Below, in pieces: positions 59,033-64,000 of a DNA stretch of 64,000 nt (position 1 is the stretch's first letter; each line of letters starts with the position of its first letter). Made by a program: the position numbers and the translations under genes. This DNA is from Candidatus Kapaibacterium sp. (GTDB taxonomy: Bacteria > Bacteroidota > Ignavibacteria > Kapaibacteriales > UBA2268), in NCBI GenBank assembly GCA_963664875.1, contig OY761611.1:3296001-3360000 (forward strand), given 5' to 3'. Under the pieces are notes generated by a model. That model was not told the origin of the DNA, ran no database searches, and saw only the letters and a list, made by a program, of their open reading frames with translations.

Positions 59033-62000
59033 TTGATGGATCAAAAAATGTTACACAGGATATTCGGCATATTGTCATTCGTTTTGGCGTTTGTCGTTTA
59101 CACAATGACGGTACAGCCTACCGTACCGTTTTGGGATTGTGGCGAGTTTTCAGCTGCAGCAGTATGGCAGCAAGTTCCACATCCGCCGGGAGCTCCTTTA
59201 TTTTTAATGATAGGTAAATTATTCCATGTATTGATACCGTTTGGTGAAGATGCATGGCGTGTAAATATGGTTTCGGTAACTTCAAGTGCGCTGACCGTAT
59301 GGCTTATCTATCTCATTACTGTAATGGTAATAAATAACTTCCGCAAAGAAAAAGTTGCCACACTTGGTGATGCTCTTGCTGTGTACGGATCATCATTTAT
59401 CGGAGCCGCAGCACTTACTTTTAGTGATACTTTCTGGTTCAACGCAGTTGAGTCAGAGGTTTACGCTGCCTCTTCTTTGTTTGTTGGTGTAGTTGTATGG
59501 CTAATGATGAAATGGAATGAAGAAGCAGACAATCCGAAACACGAAAGGTATTTGCTACTCATATTTTATCTAATTGGGCTATCGACCGGTGTCCACTTAC
59601 TTTCAATCTTAGCAATATTTTCTATTGTTATGGTTGTTTATTACAGAAAATACGAATACAGCCACAAATCATTTATCATAATGGGTTTGTTTGCAGTTGT
59701 AATATTTTTCGTAATCTATCCGGGTATAGTAAAATGGTTGCCGTCATTGCTTGCGGGCCACAGTCCATCGAAAAATGCAGCAAGAGAGTACGCAATAGAA
59801 AACAGCATGGGACTTACTATGCTGGCAGTTGCAGGCATAGCTGCTATCGCTTATGGATTTTACTATGGCCGCAAAAAAGGTATGCAAATATTGCAGCTAA
59901 TTAGCTCTGCATTCCTCTTGGTGCTTTTAGGATATACAACCTATACTCAGATACTTCTTCGTTCTAACGCAAATCCGCCAATGAACGAAAACGAACCTAA
60001 AAACTTCGCAAGTCTTTCTGCTTACCTCGGTCGTGAGCAATACGGAGATGCTCCGTTTTGGCCTCGTCGATATGAAGACAGAGAAATGATGACTTACAGA
60101 TACACGCAACGCGACGAACGTGGCGAATATATTTATGGTCCGTGGTATGCTCCGACTCAAAAAGAAGTGAGAAGGAAAGACGGCAATGCAATCCAAGTAC
60201 CTGATTTTCGCAATATCAATACTTCCGGTGAGTTGGCTTACTTGTGGAAATATCAGATGAATCACATGTATTTCCGCTATTTTGCTTGGAACTTTATCGG
60301 ACGAGGCACTGATGTGCAGGACGGCAATTATTATGTTTGGGGCAAAAACAACAGCGAATCATTGCATTATGATTCAGGATATGCAGATGAATTCCCAATT
60401 GCATTTTATGCTTTGCCTTTCATACTTGGTTTGATAGGTTTGCTATTCCATTTCAATAAAGACAGAAAGATGGCTTTCTCATTCCTCATTATGTTTTTAC
60501 TTATGGGTGTGCTGACAGCTATTGCTCAAAACCAGCAAGATCCGCAACCTCGCGAAAGAGATTATTTCTATGCCGGCTCGTTCATGGTATGGACGATCTG
60601 GATTGGTCTCGGCTCTTTTGCTATAATAGAACAGCTCAAACGTGCAGGTGGTAAAACTAATCCTGCAATAGTATCAATCGTGCTGATAATATCATTTATT
60701 GTTGCTCCTCTTAACATGGCACAGGGCTGGAAGATTCATAGCCGTGCAGGCAACTATTTACCTTTTGATTACTCATACAACATTTTGCAAAGTACCGAAG
60801 CAAATGCTATCATATTCACAAACGGCGATAATGATACATTCCCTCTTTGGTTTATCCAAGACGTTGCAGGAGTAAGAAGAGACGTGAGAGTGGTCAACTT
60901 ATCTTTGGGTAACACGCTTTGGTATGTTGATCAGGTTAAAAACAGACAACCTTGGGGTGCAGAAAAGATACCTCTAAGTTTTGCAGATGATTCTATACAG
61001 GTAAACGAAGACGATCCAAGAGCCTTAACTTACGATTTCGGCGAAATCAGAAATGTTACGATTCCTGTTCGACCTGAAATCTTAGCAAAATATACAGACA
61101 ATAAAGAGATTATCAACTCCGGTCAATGGTCATTCAGATTTGAAGGCAAACCATTCAGAGAGTACGAAGGCAAGATGATTCACCTGTTTAGAGTGCAGGA
61201 TAAACTTATCCTTGATATATTGCAGAAGACAAGATTTGAAAGACCGGTGTATTTCTCAGCTACAGTTGGCCCTGATGCATTCTGTGGTTTAGAACCATAT
61301 TTCAGAACGGAAGGTATGGCTCATAGAATTTGCCCTGTTCCTCAAAGGACAGGCAGTGGCTCTGGTATATCACCTGAAATACTTGAAGCAAATTTGATGA
61401 ATGTTGATAACTCAAATGACTTCAGCAAAACACCTAAGTATGGCTTTAAATTGCGTAATCTGAATAATATGGATGTGTATTATGATGAAGTACACAGACG
61501 CATTATGGGGACTTACCGTCATTTGTATCTCACTTATGCAGAGTATCATGTAAGAGAGGGTAACTTCAAAAAAGCAGCTGAAGTATTAGACGTGCTAAAC
61601 GAAAATATATCACCTGTTCAGTTCCCATTACCTCATGATGTTGCTGCACAGATAGTGAATATATATGAAAAAGCCGGGCAAAAAGACAAAATAACTGCTG
61701 TCGCAGAAGCCGGTTTGAAATATGCAAATACTCTAATCGAAAATCCAAAACTTCGTGAAGATTTGACTTTCTACGAGATTGTTCACTTCAGATATGGTCC
61801 GTTCCAGGCAGCTATTGATTTATATTCTGCTTTGGGCGACTATGCAAGTGCAAAAGGCATCATCGATGAATGGGTAAAACAAATTGATATGTTCAAAAAC
61901 CAAAATTTGGGTAACTCATCTCAGTATCAAAGAGAAATAGCACAGTTAGAAGCTAATAAAGCCAGAGTAGGAATGATTTCTGCTAAGCTGATAATCAAAG

Positions 62001-62197
62001 AGACTGAAGCTAAATCAGGAGCAAAAGCTGCCTTAGACACAGCAAATGCAATGATTGAGAAGTATAAAGCAACAAACAATATACTATTTAATCACTTTTC
62101 CGATACAGAACTTGGTGATGTTGTTAGAGAGCTAAATGAAAAAGTGTATCCGGGACAAAATATCCCGGCTGATACAAATGCTGTAGCTCAAAACTAA
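59033..62197 (+). CDS. DUF2723/TMEM260-like GT-C membrane glycosyltransferase with helical C-terminus
   Basis: FWDCGEF, HPPGAPLF, AVESEVY, RERDYF, GDNDTFPLW, R.DVRVVNLSL. Confidence 0.88.
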   Translation: MMDQKMLHRIFGILSFVLAFVVYTMTVQPTVPFWDCGEFSAAAVWQQVPHPPGAPLFLMIGKLFHVLIPFGEDAWRVNMVSVTSSALTVWLIYLITVMVINNFRKEKVATLGDALAVYGSSFIGAAALTFSDTFWFNAVESEVYAASSLFVGVVVWLMMKWNEEADNPKHERYLLLIFYLIGLSTGVHLLSILAIFSIVMVVYYRKYEYSHKSFIIMGLFAVVIFFVIYPGIVKWLPSLLAGHSPSKNAAREYAIENSMGLTMLAVAGIAAIAYGFYYGRKKGMQILQLISSAFLLVLLGYTTYTQILLRSNANPPMNENEPKNFASLSAYLGREQYGDAPFWPRRYEDREMMTYRYTQRDERGEYIYGPWYAPTQKEVRRKDGNAIQVPDFRNINTSGELAYLWKYQMNHMYFRYFAWNFIGRGTDVQDGNYYVWGKNNSESLHYDSGYADEFPIAFYALPFILGLIGLLFHFNKDRKMAFSFLIMFLLMGVLTAIAQNQQDPQPRERDYFYAGSFMVWTIWIGLGSFAIIEQLKRAGGKTNPAIVSIVLIISFIVAPLNMAQGWKIHSRAGNYLPFDYSYNILQSTEANAIIFTNGDNDTFPLWFIQDVAGVRRDVRVVNLSLGNTLWYVDQVKNRQPWGAEKIPLSFADDSIQVNEDDPRALTYDFGEIRNVTIPVRPEILAKYTDNKEIINSGQWSFRFEGKPFREYEGKMIHLFRVQDKLILDILQKTRFERPVYFSATVGPDAFCGLEPYFRTEGMAHRICPVPQRTGSGSGISPEILEANLMNVDNSNDFSKTPKYGFKLRNLNNMDVYYDEVHRRIMGTYRHLYLTYAEYHVREGNFKKAAEVLDVLNENISPVQFPLPHDVAAQIVNIYEKAGQKDKITAVAEAGLKYANTLIENPKLREDLTFYEIVHFRYGPFQAAIDLYSALGDYASAKGIIDEWVKQIDMFKNQNLGNSSQYQREIAQLEANKARVGMISAKLIIKETEAKSGAKAALDTANAMIEKYKATNNILFNHFSDTELGDVVRELNEKVYPGQNIPADTNAVAQN

Positions 62198-62216
62198 ATT
62201 TATATTTGCTGATATA

Positions 62217-62252
62217 AGCGGAACATACTTGCAAAATGTTCCGCTTTTTTTT
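62217..62252 (+). terminator. Intrinsic terminator
   Basis: AAGCGGAACA...TGTTCCGCTT plus T-run. Confidence 0.75.
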
Positions 62253-62281
62253 AAATTGTTTGATTTTCTAATTGATATTTT

Positions 62282-62998
62282 ATGACTCCTTATTTATCAC
62301 TCATCATTCCTGCATATAACGAAGAGCAGCGTATAGCCGGTTCTTTAGAGAGTGCTGTCAACTACTTTTCGACTAAAAACTATGACTTCGAAATTTTAGT
62401 TATAGATGATGGTTCTAAGGATAATACTGTAAAGCTTGTTAAAGACTTTGCTGCGGAACAAATCAGACTGATACCTCAACCAAAAAATATGGGTAAAGGA
62501 GCTGCCGTTACAAGAGGTATGCTCGAAGCAAAAGGGGAAATAAGAGTTTTTTCTGACGCTGACTTTTCTACGCCTGTTTATGAAATTGACAAAGTTATAA
62601 GCACACTCTCCCAAGATATAGACGTTTTTATAGGTAGCAGAGCTTTGGATTACTCCATGATAAAAAAACATCAGCCTGCTTATAGAGAGTTTATGGGAAA
62701 AACATTCAATAAATTAGTCCAATTCTTTCTGATTAGCGGCATTAAAGATACGCAATGTGGATTTAAAGCATTCAAAGCTAAAGCTGCCGACGATATTTTT
62801 CAAAAAATGCAAATCCAAGGATTTGGATTCGATCTTGAAATAATCTTTCTTGCTGATAAATTAGGTTACAACATGCAGGAAGTACCTGTTGAATGGTACA
62901 ATGACGAAAGAAGCACTGTGAACCCCTTGAAAGATTCCATAACCATGTTTTTTGATATTTTCAAAGTCAAAAAGCTGCACAAAAACGACAGATTCTAA
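62282..62998 (+). CDS. GT2 polyprenyl-phosphate glycosyltransferase (ALG5/DPM1-like)
   Basis: IPAYNE, DDGS.D, N.GKG.A, DAD, GSR, DTQCGFK. Confidence 0.9.
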   Translation: MTPYLSLIIPAYNEEQRIAGSLESAVNYFSTKNYDFEILVIDDGSKDNTVKLVKDFAAEQIRLIPQPKNMGKGAAVTRGMLEAKGEIRVFSDADFSTPVYEIDKVISTLSQDIDVFIGSRALDYSMIKKHQPAYREFMGKTFNKLVQFFLISGIKDTQCGFKAFKAKAADDIFQKMQIQGFGFDLEIIFLADKLGYNMQEVPVEWYNDERSTVNPLKDSITMFFDIFKVKKLHKNDRF

Positions 62999-63110
62999 TT
63001 TCCCAAATATCTTATTTCTTTCATTTTTGTCTTGATTATTCAAAAAGATTTGATAATTTGCCTTTTCAGATTTTTGAGTCAAGCCTTTTAAAATAGGAGA
63101 GAGGAATACC

Positions 63111-63989
63111 ATGATAAAAAGATATTGGGCATTACTGCTTGTACTACTTACCATTACCGCATGCTCGACTGTCAGGCCAACCGGAAAACACATGATGTGG
63201 GAACTGAGAACTCCCGAATCTACTGTTTATCTTGTAGGTTCGATTCACATGGCAGATAGTAGCTTTTATCCCTTAGACAATATCTACTATGAAAAATTGG
63301 ACTCCTCGCGAATATTTGTTACTGAAATAGATTTAGAGCAAGTTGATCCAATGAAAATGATGAAACTTGTAACCCTCAGAAACGGAAAAACTCTTAAAGA
63401 TATGGTTCCTGAAGATGTCTATCCTATTCTTGTGGAAAGATTAGGCAAATTGGGCTTCCCGGAAGATGTGGCAAACACATTCAAACCGGGCTTTGCTTTG
63501 ATGATGGCACAGTTGATGAACGAAGATTCTGAGCCCAAGAGTTTCGCTTCTCTTGCTGAAGGTATAGATATTCATTTATTGAATAAAGCACAAAATCATG
63601 CGAAGTTAGGTCTCGAAGATGTAGGTACGCAAATGACTTTATTAGAAAAACTAATAGATGTTGACCCGGACAAAATGAAAATGTATCTTAACAGTAATCC
63701 GGACATTGAGGCTAATATCGATCTGAAACAGCTTTTTGATGCTTGGAAAAATGCTGATACAGAAACTTTAGAAAAAGTACTACTTGCAGAATCTGAAGTT
63801 GATGAAGCATCTAAAGAACTCATGGTAGAAATGCTTGACAACAGAAACATAAACATGGCAAAAAAAATTGAATCTTATATAGTAGATGGTGGCACTTTCT
63901 ATATTGTAGTAGGTGCAGGGCATCTTGTAGGTGATAAGTCCATCATAAAGCTATTAGAAGAAAAGGGTTATACAGTTAATCAACTATAA
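63111..63989 (+). CDS. TraB/GumN family lipoprotein
   Basis: Lipobox ITAC; YLVGSIH, GLE...Q, RN..MA, VGAGHL. Confidence 0.88.
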   Translation: MIKRYWALLLVLLTITACSTVRPTGKHMMWELRTPESTVYLVGSIHMADSSFYPLDNIYYEKLDSSRIFVTEIDLEQVDPMKMMKLVTLRNGKTLKDMVPEDVYPILVERLGKLGFPEDVANTFKPGFALMMAQLMNEDSEPKSFASLAEGIDIHLLNKAQNHAKLGLEDVGTQMTLLEKLIDVDPDKMKMYLNSNPDIEANIDLKQLFDAWKNADTETLEKVLLAESEVDEASKELMVEMLDNRNINMAKKIESYIVDGGTFYIVVGAGHLVGDKSIIKLLEEKGYTVNQL

Positions 63990-64000
63990 TTCGAGGTAAA

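Noticed and set aside
1-64000. CRISPR array, tRNA, rRNA, autonomous IS
   Set aside because: No regularly spaced repeat-spacer series, cloverleaf or rRNA signatures, or transposase ORF seen

Overview
A 64-kb, AT-rich bacterial chromosomal segment. T9SS C-terminal domains, DUF6029/Omp28/DUF2723 genes, Shine-Dalgarno use and sigma70-like promoters suggest the Bacteroidota-Chlorobi-Ignavibacteria group (possibly Ignavibacteria/Kapabacteria); this is an inference. The housekeeping backbone comprises murE, pyrF, truA, sdaA, der, the Nif3/zinc-ribbon/rnpB cluster, nifJ (PFOR), tldD/pmbA, MscS and an MFS transporter. Accessory or unusual content: (1) a triplicated, patchily diversified T9SS-cargo gene array; (2) short elements bounded by a 17-bp TIR (GAGGCTGTCTCATAAGT) carrying different REP-like palindrome cargo, one nested in another; (3) a type IIG R-M gene between 28-bp direct repeats and followed by an orphan alternative C-terminus; (4) a four-gene fibre-like operon including an IPTL-CTERM-anchored protein; (5) a PPP-tailed membrane ORF upstream of a TonB receptor; (6) a two-gene cassette flanked by a duplicated 44-bp terminator; (7) a long RSH with a degenerate synthetase; (8) a Tat-signal TldD; (9) a TMEM260-like/GT2 glycosylation pair; (10) two candidate sRNAs sharing a motif. 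No rRNA, tRNA, CRISPR array, transposase or integrase was seen. All family calls come from motif recognition, not database searches.
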